Origin: Shigella phage SP21535
Direction: 5' to 3' (one strand)
Length of the DNA: 64,000 bases
Sequence record: PQ615101
The translations under genes and the position numbers were made by a program. The notes under the pieces are model-generated. The model had not been told where the DNA came from. It did not search any database and was given only the letters and a program-made list of their open reading frames with translations. Position 1 is the first letter of the stretch. Each line of letters begins with the position of its first letter. Shown here in pieces: positions 41,018-50,125 of this stretch.

Positions 41018-41056
41018 TAGTAGTATATTAAATCACGAATTAAAACAGGAAATAAG

Positions 41057-41515
41057 ATGAAATCATATGCTCAATTTTTAAATGAAGCATCCGCTTCAGA
41101 TGTTCGCGCTGTAGCAACTGCTGCTATTAAAGCTGGTAAATATTCTTATAAAGATGCTTCTGACGAATCTCGGTACAAGTTCTACGACGATATGAGAGCT
41201 GAAGGCTTTGTGGGTAACTATGTTACCACCGCCTGGAAAAGCCTGGTTGCTACTGGTGCGGCTTTCGAAAAACCTTCTGGTAAACCTGCTCCTAAGGCTG
41301 ACCCTAAAGCAGCACAAGAAAAAAATATTGCTAAAGGAATTATTTCTAGGTATGAAGCAATTCTTAAAGAACTTTTGGTAATTAAGACCGAAGGCCAGAA
41401 ACTTGCGCGAGCTCATAGTTTCAAAGATAACCCACATGCTCATGACCTAGAGTATGTTGAAGATCTCCAAAAAATCATCAAAGACCGCATTTGGTCTGCT
41501 AAACAAATTAAATAA
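41057..41515 (+). CDS. internal-protein-like capsid-targeted protein
   Basis: 152 aa; N-terminus MKSYAQFLNE-A resembles the IP capsid targeting sequence; late promoter upstream. Confidence 0.55.
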   Translation: MKSYAQFLNEASASDVRAVATAAIKAGKYSYKDASDESRYKFYDDMRAEGFVGNYVTTAWKSLVATGAAFEKPSGKPAPKADPKAAQEKNIAKGIISRYEAILKELLVIKTEGQKLARAHSFKDNPHAHDLEYVEDLQKIIKDRIWSAKQIK

Positions 41516-41523
41516 CATTCTTA

Positions 41524-41549
41524 GCCCCAGCCGAAAGGTTGGGGCTTTT
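41524..41549 (+). terminator. rho-independent terminator, near-identical copy of 40981 hairpin
   Basis: GCCCCAGCC-GAAA-GGTTGGGGC followed by TTTT. Confidence 0.65.
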
Positions 41550-41725
41550 GGTATCTAGGCCTTTCTGGACCTCTCTAGGCATCATTTAGTTTATACCCTT
41601 TATAATATATTATCCTATCCTTTAATTGCCCATCCCTGCCCTAGAATTCCCTAAAACTTCCCCGTTCTTCCATGGTACTATACAACTATCAACTACTGAT
41701 ACAGAAAAACAACTTGGAGAATGAA

Positions 41726-41989
41726 ATGGATAATTACGGCGAACTGTTCAACTTCTTTATGAAATGCGTTTCAGAAGATTTCGGTCGTACAGTGAATGAT
41801 ATTAAAGTTATCGGTCCTGATCATCCGATGTTTGAAACTTACGCAGTAATGGGTAATGAAGATGGTCAGTGGTATACTGTAAAGGTTGTGATTAACATGT
41901 TCACTGCTGAAAGTTATGTTAAACTGTCTTCTAAAGTTTACCATGATAACGACGAAATCGCAGAAGAATATTTCAATAATATGAAATAA
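41726..41989 (+). CDS. hypothetical protein
   Basis: ATG 41726 after GGAGAATGAA RBS region; track start 41672 lies inside promoter-like element. Confidence 0.5.
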   Translation: MDNYGELFNFFMKCVSEDFGRTVNDIKVIGPDHPMFETYAVMGNEDGQWYTVKVVINMFTAESYVKLSSKVYHDNDEIAEEYFNNMK

Positions 41990-42044
41990 GTTTACATAGG
42001 CTCATGATTGAGATATTATGAGCCTATAATTTGAGGAAACTGTT

Positions 42045-42575
42045 ATGTCTCTTTATACCGAACTGAATGAAACTTCCGAAAAATCTTTTGATGGTATCTT
42101 ATCAATAATGCAAAAGCAGGTATTAGAACAGCTTAGTGAAGCCGCAAGCAACGGACATAAGGCTTGTCGAATCCCAAGCCCACATCGTCGCCTGTATGAA
42201 CGCCCTCTTATTAATTGGCTAGAAAGCGAAGGTCTTACAGTTAAGATTTGTCCTGCCAAATTTGATGTCCCACGTATTCTTAATATTTACTGGGATAAAC
42301 CGATTGAGAAACCGATTGAGAAAAGTGAACCTTGGGTTGTCAATGTAAAAACATATGATAATGGATGCTCACTTGAGGTGTCTGCTGTAATTAAAGGCAC
42401 TCACGGTGAAAAATCGTGGGGTTGGCCTGGTAAAGATAAAGAAATCGTGTTAAGTGTAAAAGCTACTAGTATTAGTACTCCTATAGCTAAAAGCATTATC
42501 GCCGCCGCTGTTGAAGAAGCTGAACGAATTTGTAAAATTAAAAATAGTTTACATCTCTTAAATAGCATGATATAA
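42045..42575 (+). CDS. hypothetical protein
   Basis: 176-aa ORF, GAGGA RBS; contains PIEK PIEK tandem motif. Confidence 0.5.
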   Translation: MSLYTELNETSEKSFDGILSIMQKQVLEQLSEAASNGHKACRIPSPHRRLYERPLINWLESEGLTVKICPAKFDVPRILNIYWDKPIEKPIEKSEPWVVNVKTYDNGCSLEVSAVIKGTHGEKSWGWPGKDKEIVLSVKATSISTPIAKSIIAAAVEEAERICKIKNSLHLLNSMI

Positions 42576-42618
42576 TTCTTCCACAGATTTTAATTTTTAA
42601 TCAACCTAAGGAAATACT

Positions 42619-43212
42619 ATGAACACACTGAAGAAAATTGTTGAGTTTATTCGCACTAAACTTGGTTCTGCTATGGCTAAAAATCTATCTGTTGAAGAAC
42701 AGTATACTGCTGCAGCAGCAAAACTGCTTGATAAAATTAAAGATCTAAAAACTGCTTCTGTTAAATCTATTAATGAAGAAAAACGTATTCGTGAACTTGT
42801 TATCGAAAAGAATCGACAAGCCGAATCAAAAGAGCGTGAAATTCGCAAACTTCTTTCCGAAGGTCAAGATGTAACAATGCATGCTAAGCTCGGTTTACTA
42901 TATCGTCGAACAGCTGAGCAGTTGACTACTAAAGCTGATGGTTATGCTGAAATGCGAATTGAAATCGCCAAGAAAGTAGTTGAGTTAGATGATGCTCGTC
43001 AAGAACTTGCAGTTAAATTGGAATATATCCGTGAAACTCGTGCAGCAAATGCCCTTGGAATTAGTACTGCCGATGATGTAGTTGAAATCGCAGCGCTAAC
43101 TAAGGTTGATATTGAAGATACTCTTGCTCGAGTTGAAACCTTTAACGGTAATATTTCCGGGGTTGAAACTACCTCTGCCGATGTTCAGGAATACATTAAT
43201 TCTCTGAAATAA
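42619..43212 (+). CDS. hypothetical coiled-coil protein (PspA-like helical repeat pattern)
   Basis: 197 aa, almost entirely heptad-like helical sequence. Confidence 0.45.
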   Translation: MNTLKKIVEFIRTKLGSAMAKNLSVEEQYTAAAAKLLDKIKDLKTASVKSINEEKRIRELVIEKNRQAESKEREIRKLLSEGQDVTMHAKLGLLYRRTAEQLTTKADGYAEMRIEIAKKVVELDDARQELAVKLEYIRETRAANALGISTADDVVEIAALTKVDIEDTLARVETFNGNISGVETTSADVQEYINSLK

Positions 43213-43253
43213 TGATAAGGGGCTTCGGCCCCTATTACTTGGAGTAAATAGGA

Positions 43254-43862
43254 ATGAAAATGCAAAGTGATTTCAATTCAATGTTTGAAGAGTTCCAAAG
43301 ACAGGTTGATGTTCCAGACCAATTACTAAATGCTCTTAAACGTATGGCAGAAGGACGTAATTACTATTGGGGGTCTTCATATGAAACTGATGAAAGTCTT
43401 TCTGGAAGATTTTCTAGAGGTAAAAAGTCTTTAATACGTCCTGGAATACTCATTAAAAGTATTGAATCAATTCATTCATTGACGTGTGATTTTGATGTTG
43501 AATTTACTGATTTCATTTCTCCTGAATGGACGGTTTGTTATTTAAATGACGATTATGATTATCTTGGCGTTTATAGTTTAAGTGACGCATGGTTTAAACG
43601 TAATTTACAAAAGTCAAATTTGTTCTATATTGATACTACGGTAAAATTTCAGGGAAAGAAATATTTCTTTACTCTTATAGTTGATTCTGAAACAAAGCAT
43701 GAAAATAAACGTATTCTTAGTAAAAAGAATATCTTAACTATTGTTGATGATCTTTTTGATAAATTCGTGGAAAATCCTAATTTTGAAAGCGATTTATTAT
43801 TAGAAAAATTTGTTAAGGAATGTAGAGAATATGTCAAAGCCATCACTATACCTTCCAAGTAA
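43254..43862 (+). CDS. hypothetical protein
   Basis: 202-aa ORF with RBS. Confidence 0.5.
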   Translation: MKMQSDFNSMFEEFQRQVDVPDQLLNALKRMAEGRNYYWGSSYETDESLSGRFSRGKKSLIRPGILIKSIESIHSLTCDFDVEFTDFISPEWTVCYLNDDYDYLGVYSLSDAWFKRNLQKSNLFYIDTTVKFQGKKYFFTLIVDSETKHENKRILSKKNILTIVDDLFDKFVENPNFESDLLLEKFVKECREYVKAITIPSK

Positions 43863-44223
43863 ACCTGTGAAGTATGAACCAAAGCGTCAGCTAATTTCTA
43901 CTGATGTATTAATAGGTCCTGTTATACTCATATCATTTGTAATTCTATTGATTATTGGAGGTGTTTTAGATGTTATGACTGATATTGATTCTGGCGAAAT
44001 ACTTGTATTAATGCTAATTCTTCCATTAATAGTTCCATTTTTATTAGTACCTGTAAATTGGGTAGGATACTGGTATCAAGGAAGGCATTATCGTAAACGC
44101 GTACGTGATTGGAAAGCACAGTGTAAAAAGATTAAAAAGGAATATCAGCTTAAACTTGCTGCGTATGAATTTGATGAAATTATGAAATTTGTTAAGGAAT
44201 CACGATGCAAAAGCCAAAACTAA
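43810..44223 (+). CDS. small membrane protein (paralog family member 1)
   Basis: Two hydrophobic helices then basic C-terminus ending ...FVKESRCKSQN; true start uncertain. Confidence 0.45.
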   Translation: MLRNVENMSKPSLYLPSKPVKYEPKRQLISTDVLIGPVILISFVILLIIGGVLDVMTDIDSGEILVLMLILPLIVPFLLVPVNWVGYWYQGRHYRKRVRDWKAQCKKIKKEYQLKLAAYEFDEIMKFVKESRCKSQN

Positions 44224-44570
44224 ATAAAGTCAAATATTCGCTTCCTGAGTCATTTTTAATTTTTGCTGTGGCGTTGGCTGCAGCTCTTGCGGGTAGTCTT
44301 TTTGGATTGTTAATTGACGACTGTTTTATTTTAAACATCGATGGCACAGTAAATATAATAGAAGTTTGGAGTGAACTTCGCTATACTAAAATTATTTCAT
44401 TATTTTCATTCTTTTGTATCATTCTATATTTTCATTATGATAATTTTAAAATAAATTGGCAAAGAAAAAAGGATTACAAAATACAATTAAAAGAATATAA
44501 TAGCTACATGTCTTATATTGAAAATGAATCAATGAAAGAGTTTGTGAGTGATTGTAGGAAAATCAGATGA
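44205..44570 (+). CDS. small membrane protein (paralog family member 2)
   Basis: Hydrophobic helices then C-terminus ...FVSDCRKIR. Confidence 0.45.
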   Translation: MQKPKLNKVKYSLPESFLIFAVALAAALAGSLFGLLIDDCFILNIDGTVNIIEVWSELRYTKIISLFSFFCIILYFHYDNFKINWQRKKDYKIQLKEYNSYMSYIENESMKEFVSDCRKIR

Positions 44571-45055
44571 TTTTAAAAACTCGCTGGTATGATTTAGATG
44601 ATGGGGATGATGGCATTCCAGTTGATAGAGTTGACTGGAATGGCTGTTCCGAAGATATGAAAAATTTGCTGATTAGGGAGTTTAGAATGGGATATCAACC
44701 AGTTAAGCCATCTACTGCAACAGATGATAAATTCGTATGTATTCATAATGGTCGCGCTAAATTAACGAACGCTGATTGGTTCACAGATAAAATTATGATT
44801 CTGTGGTATATTATTAGTCTTCCTGTGACATCATTCGTATTTTACTTTTTTATAAAAAATCCAATGGACAGAATAGGAGATTGGATTCTTTTAACCATAC
44901 TTGTTAATATTTTTACAGCAGCAATATTATCTGGGATATGGTACACGTTCATTGAAATGCCATGGCGGCTACGCAGACAACAAAAGATTTTTGATGAAAA
45001 GAAATATACTCAAAATTTAAATAACTTTATCACTGAATGCAGGAAATTAAAATGA
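44567..45055 (+). CDS. small membrane protein (paralog family member 3)
   Basis: Hydrophobic helices then C-terminus ...FITECRKLK. Confidence 0.45.
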   Translation: MILKTRWYDLDDGDDGIPVDRVDWNGCSEDMKNLLIREFRMGYQPVKPSTATDDKFVCIHNGRAKLTNADWFTDKIMILWYIISLPVTSFVFYFFIKNPMDRIGDWILLTILVNIFTAAILSGIWYTFIEMPWRLRRQQKIFDEKKYTQNLNNFITECRKLK

Positions 45056-45492
45056 AAACACTATCAGCTGGTATTATCTTTATGACAGAAGATAAAGATT
45101 TATTCATGGGACGGGTTACTGGTTCTCGTAAGCCTGGAATGATGGCACATCGCTGGGATATCCCAAAGGGCCGCGTAGAAAATTCTGATTTAAGCGCACT
45201 AGATGCAGCACGAAGAGAATGTTTAGAAGAGACTGGTTTTAGCAATTATAATCCAGACCTTCTAGAAGACCTAGGTGTATTTAAATATTCTAGTAATAAA
45301 GACTTACAGTTATTTTATTATACGATTCCAGTAGAGCATGAGATGTTTAGAAATTGCCATTGCGAGTCTTATTTTGAAAATAAAGATGGCGTTATGATTC
45401 CAGAGATGGACGCTTTTGCTCTTATTCCTCGTACTCAGTGGCAATATGTGATGGGTCCTTCACTTTACCGAATAATGAACAACCTCTTTTAA
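45052..45492 (+). CDS. nudE: Nudix hydrolase NudE
   Basis: Nudix box GRVENSDLSALDAARRECLEETGF; ATG 45052 with AGGAAA RBS. Confidence 0.8.
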   Translation: MKTLSAGIIFMTEDKDLFMGRVTGSRKPGMMAHRWDIPKGRVENSDLSALDAARRECLEETGFSNYNPDLLEDLGVFKYSSNKDLQLFYYTIPVEHEMFRNCHCESYFENKDGVMIPEMDAFALIPRTQWQYVMGPSLYRIMNNLF

Positions 45493-46023
<531 letters not shown>

Positions 46024-46027
46024 AGTT

Positions 46028-46058
46028 GTTTACTTTCTCCTAGAACTGTGATAGTATA
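46028..46058 (+). promoter_or_regulatory. early promoter stem-loop cassette
   Basis: GTTTAC 46028-46033; AACTGTGA/TCACAGTT inverted repeat around -10. Confidence 0.45.
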
Positions 46059-46100
46059 TTCACAGTTACTAATTAAAATATTTACATTTAAAGGAAACAT

Positions 46101-46575
46101 ATGAAAACATATCAAGAATTTATTACTGAAGCAGCTATTAATTCTCAAAATTATTGCTGAATCTTTTACTGATCTTTTGAAATTTAAAAAAGGACAGAAA
46201 ATTACTGCTGTATTAGATGATGGTACAGAAGTTGAGATGGATGTACAGGGATATAATTATGCAGTAGATGGAAAACTGTATAATAAATCTCATGCTAAAT
46301 TTGATTCATTTGATGATTTTGTTAATACAGTTGAAGATGAAAAAACTCGTCGATCCATTGCAACTGGTGATGCTAAGGTTCTTATGGCGCATGGACATGA
46401 ACGTATTCGCGCTAAACAGAATAAAATGGGTGAAGATAATTTCGCATTAGTTGGTTATCAATCTGGTAAACAAACTTATGGTTATCAGCGTACTGCTACC
46501 ATGTATAATAAAAATGGTAAAATCGCTTTCGTGAATAGTAAAGGTTCTATTCAGTACGTTAAATCGTTCAAATAA
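46101..46575 (+). pseudogene. internal-protein-like gene interrupted by +1 frameshift at an A-run
   Basis: MKTYQEFITEA... reads 19 codons to TGA at 46158; downstream frame open to 46575; removing one A of AAAA 46147-46150 fuses them. Confidence 0.45.
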
Positions 46576-46716
46576 TATGGGAACAACCTGGACCTCATGA
46601 TTCTGTGAGGGATTCCCGCCAACCTGTAATAAGGTCGAGCCCAAGTGCGGTAATGGGTAAATACAGAAATGGACAATTCATGCGCCATGGAATGGCCCAA
46701 ATTTAGAGAGAATAAA

Positions 46717-47259
46717 ATGAGAACATTTTTAACTGGTCCTTATCTATCCCTGATGAATGCTTTTACACACCATTCTGATGCTAGAGTAGAAGAAATTTGT
46801 AATAGTGGATTTTATGTACCTGATTCGTCGCATTTATTTAAAGAATATTGTACACTTCGACTAGACGGTGGACGTCAATCCGGTAAATCAACTGCAGTAA
46901 CTAATTTTGCCGCTAATTGGTTGTATGATGGTGGAACAGTTATTGTTCTTTCTAATACTTCAGCTTACGCTAAAATTTCTGCGGGCCGCATTAAAAAAGA
47001 ATTTTCTCGTTATTCTAGCGATGATATTCGATTCCGTTTATTTACTGATTCTGTCCGTAGTTTTGTTGGTAATAGAGGTAGCAAGTTCAGAGGTTTATCG
47101 CTTTCTCGAATTTTGTATATAATCGATGAGCCTGTTAAATCTCCTGATATGGATAAAATTTACGATATTCATATTGAAACTGTGCAACACTGCTGCAATA
47201 GTAAATGCTGCATTGGTGGTATTACTCGTCCACAGTTTTTCATAATCGGAATGCAATGA
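46717..47259 (+). CDS. small P-loop NTPase
   Basis: Walker A GGRQSGKST, Walker B ILYIIDEP; ATG 46717 after GAGAGAATAAA. Confidence 0.55.
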   Translation: MRTFLTGPYLSLMNAFTHHSDARVEEICNSGFYVPDSSHLFKEYCTLRLDGGRQSGKSTAVTNFAANWLYDGGTVIVLSNTSAYAKISAGRIKKEFSRYSSDDIRFRLFTDSVRSFVGNRGSKFRGLSLSRILYIIDEPVKSPDMDKIYDIHIETVQHCCNSKCCIGGITRPQFFIIGMQ

Positions 47260-47585
47260 TGACAGACACGCAACTTTTCGAATATCTTTATTTTTCGCCA
47301 AAAACTATTAAAAATAAATTGGTGAATCATTTTGAAATTTTGGCAAATAACAACGTCTTGAGCGAATTTTATCCTAAGCAATACAAATTACAAAAAGGTG
47401 TATTTAAAGGATGTAGAGTTTTGTGTACTGCTCCTAATGCAAGGTTAATGAATAAAATTCCATATTTTACTATGGAATTTATTGATGGTCCTTTTAAAGG
47501 ACTAATCACCCAAAGTTTAATGGCATATGATTCTGAGCCATTTTTAATTAAAGAACAATCTTGGATAAATTTATTTTCTAATTGA
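47256..47585 (+). CDS. hypothetical protein
   Basis: ATG overlapping upstream stop (ATGATGA). Confidence 0.45.
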   Translation: MMTDTQLFEYLYFSPKTIKNKLVNHFEILANNNVLSEFYPKQYKLQKGVFKGCRVLCTAPNARLMNKIPYFTMEFIDGPFKGLITQSLMAYDSEPFLIKEQSWINLFSN

Positions 47586-47591
47586 GGTTAT

Positions 47592-47954
47592 ATGAAAGCA
47601 TATCAAATTCTTGAAGGCACACATAAAGGTACTATTTATTTTGAAGACGGTATTCAAGCACGAATTATTGTCTCTAAAACTTTTAAAGAGGACTCTTTTG
47701 TAGACCCAGAAATTTTCTATGGTTTGCATGCCCGTGAAATTGAAATTGAAACACAACCTACAGTTAAAATTGAAGGTGGTCAGCACCTGAACGTTAACGT
47801 TCTGCGTCGTGAAACTCTGGAAGATGCAGTTAAGCATCCGGAAAAATATCCGCAGCTGACCATCCGTGTATCCGGATACGCAGTTCGCTTTAACTCTCTG
47901 ACTCCGGAACAGCAACGCGACGTTATTGCTCGTACCTTTACTGAGAGTTTGTAA
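47592..47954 (+). CDS. GrcA/YfiD-like autonomous glycyl radical cofactor protein
   Basis: C-terminal [57 protein letters not shown] with glycyl radical motif RVSGY. Confidence 0.8.
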   Translation: MKAYQILEGTHKGTIYFEDGIQARIIVSKTFKEDSFVDPEIFYGLHAREIEIETQPTVKIEGGQHLNVNVLRRETLEDAVKHPEKYPQLTIRVSGYAVRFNSLTPEQQRDVIARTFTESL

Positions 47955-48175
47955 TGGCAAAGATAATTATTGAAGGTTCTGAAGATGTGCTAAATGCTTT
48001 CGCCGAGTGGTTTAGTAATTCAGGCGAACAGCAATTTAATGAAGCGTGGAACATGGGTGATATTAGTGGAATTTATCCTACGACAGAAATTTCTGTTCAA
48101 GGATATGGAATTCATGAACCTATTCGTTTAGTTGAATATGATTTGGGAACAGGTGAGGAAGTAAAATATGATTGA
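47954..48175 (+). CDS. hypothetical protein
   Basis: 73-aa ORF, start overlaps upstream stop. Confidence 0.45.
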   Translation: MAKIIIEGSEDVLNAFAEWFSNSGEQQFNEAWNMGDISGIYPTTEISVQGYGIHEPIRLVEYDLGTGEEVKYD

Positions 48176-48434
48176 AGACATTAAAGGTTATAAGCCACAT
48201 ACTGACGATAAAATCAGTAAAGTGAATGCTATCAAAGACGCTGAAGTTCGTTTAGGACTTATCTTTGATGCTTTATACGATGAATTCTGGGAAGCATTAG
48301 ATAATTGTGAAGACTGCGAATTCGCAAAGAATTATGCTGAAAGCCTCGATCAGTTAACTATTGCTAAAACGAAACTCAAAGAAGCCAGTATGTGGGCTTG
48401 TCGTGCTGTGTTCCAACCAGAGGAAAAATACTAA
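48168..48434 (+). CDS. hypothetical protein
   Basis: 88-aa ORF, start overlaps upstream stop. Confidence 0.45.
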   Translation: MIEDIKGYKPHTDDKISKVNAIKDAEVRLGLIFDALYDEFWEALDNCEDCEFAKNYAESLDQLTIAKTKLKEASMWACRAVFQPEEKY

Positions 48435-48711
48435 TGGCTCAATTAAGCGCAGGGTTTGGTTATGAGTATTATACTGCCCTCGTCGTGTATCTGTTGCTCC
48501 TAAGAAAATTCAAAGTCTTGATGACTTCCAGGAAGTAGTTCGTAACGCTTTCCAGGACTATGCACGTTATCTTAAAGAAGATTCACAGGACTGTCTCGAA
48601 GAAGATGAAATTGCTTACTATGAGCAGCGTCTTGAACAGCTCAAAAATCTACATGAGGTTCGTGCAGAAGTTTCAAAGTCTATGAATAAATTGATTAGAT
48701 TTAAAGAATAA
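48434..48711 (+). pseudogene. small gene interrupted by -1 frameshift at A-run
   Basis: ATG 48434 frame stops at 48536-48538; overlapping frame open 48466-48711; one extra A in AAAA 48505-48508 would fuse to a ~92-aa product. Confidence 0.4.
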
Positions 48712-48713
48712 CT

Positions 48714-48743
48714 GTTTACTTTTCCTCTTGACTGTGGTATAAT
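48714..48743 (+). promoter_or_regulatory. early promoter (GTTTAC ... TGgTATAAT)
   Basis: GTTTAC 48714-48719, TGGTATAAT 48735-48743, flanking inverted repeat. Confidence 0.55.
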
Positions 48744-48770
48744 TTTTCTATCAGTTAAGAGGAGAATAAC

Positions 48771-49232
48771 ATGACTATCAATACAGAAGTTTTTATCCGT
48801 CGAAATAAGCTCCGTCGTCACTTTGAGTCGGAGTTTCGTCAAATTAACAATGAGATTCGTGAGGCATCAAAAGCAGCAGGGGTCTCATCGTTTCATCTAA
48901 AATATTCTCAACATCTTCTTGATCGTGCAATTCAACGGGAGATTGATGAGACATACGTTTTTGAATTATTCCATAAAATAAAAGACCATGTTTTAGAAGT
49001 TAATGAATTCCTGAGTATGCCTCCGCGTCCTGACATTGACGAGGATTTTATTGATGGGGTTGAATATCGTCCTGGACGTTTAGAAATCACAGATGGAAAT
49101 CTTTGGCTTGGATTTACAGTTTGTAAACCTAACGCGAAGTTCAAAGACCCGTCACTTCAATGTAGGATGGCAATTATCAACAGTCGTCGTTTACCAGGAA
49201 AGGCTTCTAAAGCAGTAATTAAAACTCAATGA
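48771..49232 (+). CDS. regB: endoribonuclease RegB
   Basis: 153 aa; sequence and position between vs and the vs.x genes. Confidence 0.8.
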   Translation: MTINTEVFIRRNKLRRHFESEFRQINNEIREASKAAGVSSFHLKYSQHLLDRAIQREIDETYVFELFHKIKDHVLEVNEFLSMPPRPDIDEDFIDGVEYRPGRLEITDGNLWLGFTVCKPNAKFKDPSLQCRMAIINSRRLPGKASKAVIKTQ

Positions 49233-49239
49233 GGTAAGC

Positions 49240-49785
49240 ATGAGAAAAGCACTACTCGCTGGTCTATTGGCCATTTCAATGATGGCACATAGCTCCGAGC
49301 ATACTTTCAGTAATGTCCAACTCGATAACATGCGTTACGCGTATCAATTCGGGGAACAGTTTTCTAAGGATGGAAAATATAAAACACATAAAAATATCCA
49401 CAAGAGCGGATTAGGTTATATAATGGCTGCTATTTTATGGCAAGAAAGCTCTGGCGGAGTTAATTTAAAATCTAAACCAAAGCATCACGCTTACGGAATG
49501 TTCCAAAATTATTTGCCTACTATGCGAGCGAGAGTTAAGGAACTTGGTTATAATATGACCGATGCTGAAATAAAAAGAATGTTGAATAAACGATCCAATT
49601 CAGCTTCCTGGGCGTACATTGAACTTTCTTATTGGTTAAATATACATAAGGGCGATATAAGAAAAGCAATATCCTCTTATAATTCGGGATGGAATGTTAA
49701 AGCTGGTTCTAAATATGCTTCTGAAGTCCTAGAAAAGGCTAATTACCTTAAAAATAATAAACTTTTGGAAATAGTAAATGACTAA
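49240..49785 (+). CDS. secreted lytic transglycosylase-like protein (vs.1 position)
   Basis: Signal peptide; SLT-like motifs QESSGG, AYGMFQ, YNSG. Confidence 0.6.
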   Translation: MRKALLAGLLAISMMAHSSEHTFSNVQLDNMRYAYQFGEQFSKDGKYKTHKNIHKSGLGYIMAAILWQESSGGVNLKSKPKHHAYGMFQNYLPTMRARVKELGYNMTDAEIKRMLNKRSNSASWAYIELSYWLNIHKGDIRKAISSYNSGWNVKAGSKYASEVLEKANYLKNNKLLEIVND

Positions 49786-50125
49786 AATTTTGGTTTTATG
49801 TATAGGATTAATTTCATTTTCTGCTTCTGCGTCAGCAGATACATCATATACTGAAATTAGAGAATATGTAAATCGCACTGCGGCAGATTATTGTGGGAAA
49901 AATAAAGCATGCCAAGCTGAATTTGCGCAGAAATTAATATATGCATATAAAGACGGAGAAAGAGATAAATCAAGCAGATACAAAAACGATACATTATTAA
50001 AACGATATGCTAAAAAGTGGAATACCTTAGAATGTTCAGTTGCGGAGGAGAAAGATAAAGCCGCTTGTCATTCAATGGTTGACCGTTTGGTAGATTCTTA
50101 TAATCGAGGATTGAGTACTAGATGA
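49778..50125 (+). CDS. vs: valyl-tRNA synthetase modifier Vs (positional)
   Basis: 115 aa with N-terminal signal-like helix; gene order. Confidence 0.55.
   Translation: MTKILVLCIGLISFSASASADTSYTEIREYVNRTAADYCGKNKACQAEFAQKLIYAYKDGERDKSSRYKNDTLLKRYAKKWNTLECSVAEEKDKAACHSMVDRLVDSYNRGLSTR

Noticed and set aside
40981-41549. Inverted repeats as insertion-sequence ends
   Set aside because: They are direct copies of a hairpin plus T-run (terminators), there is no transposase, and the enclosed gene has phage late-promoter signals.
41672-41725. Upstream ATG start for ORF 41672-41989 (also 55989, 60879)
   Set aside because: These ATG/TTG codons lie inside the promoter cassette; downstream ATGs with proper RBS spacing are more plausible starts.
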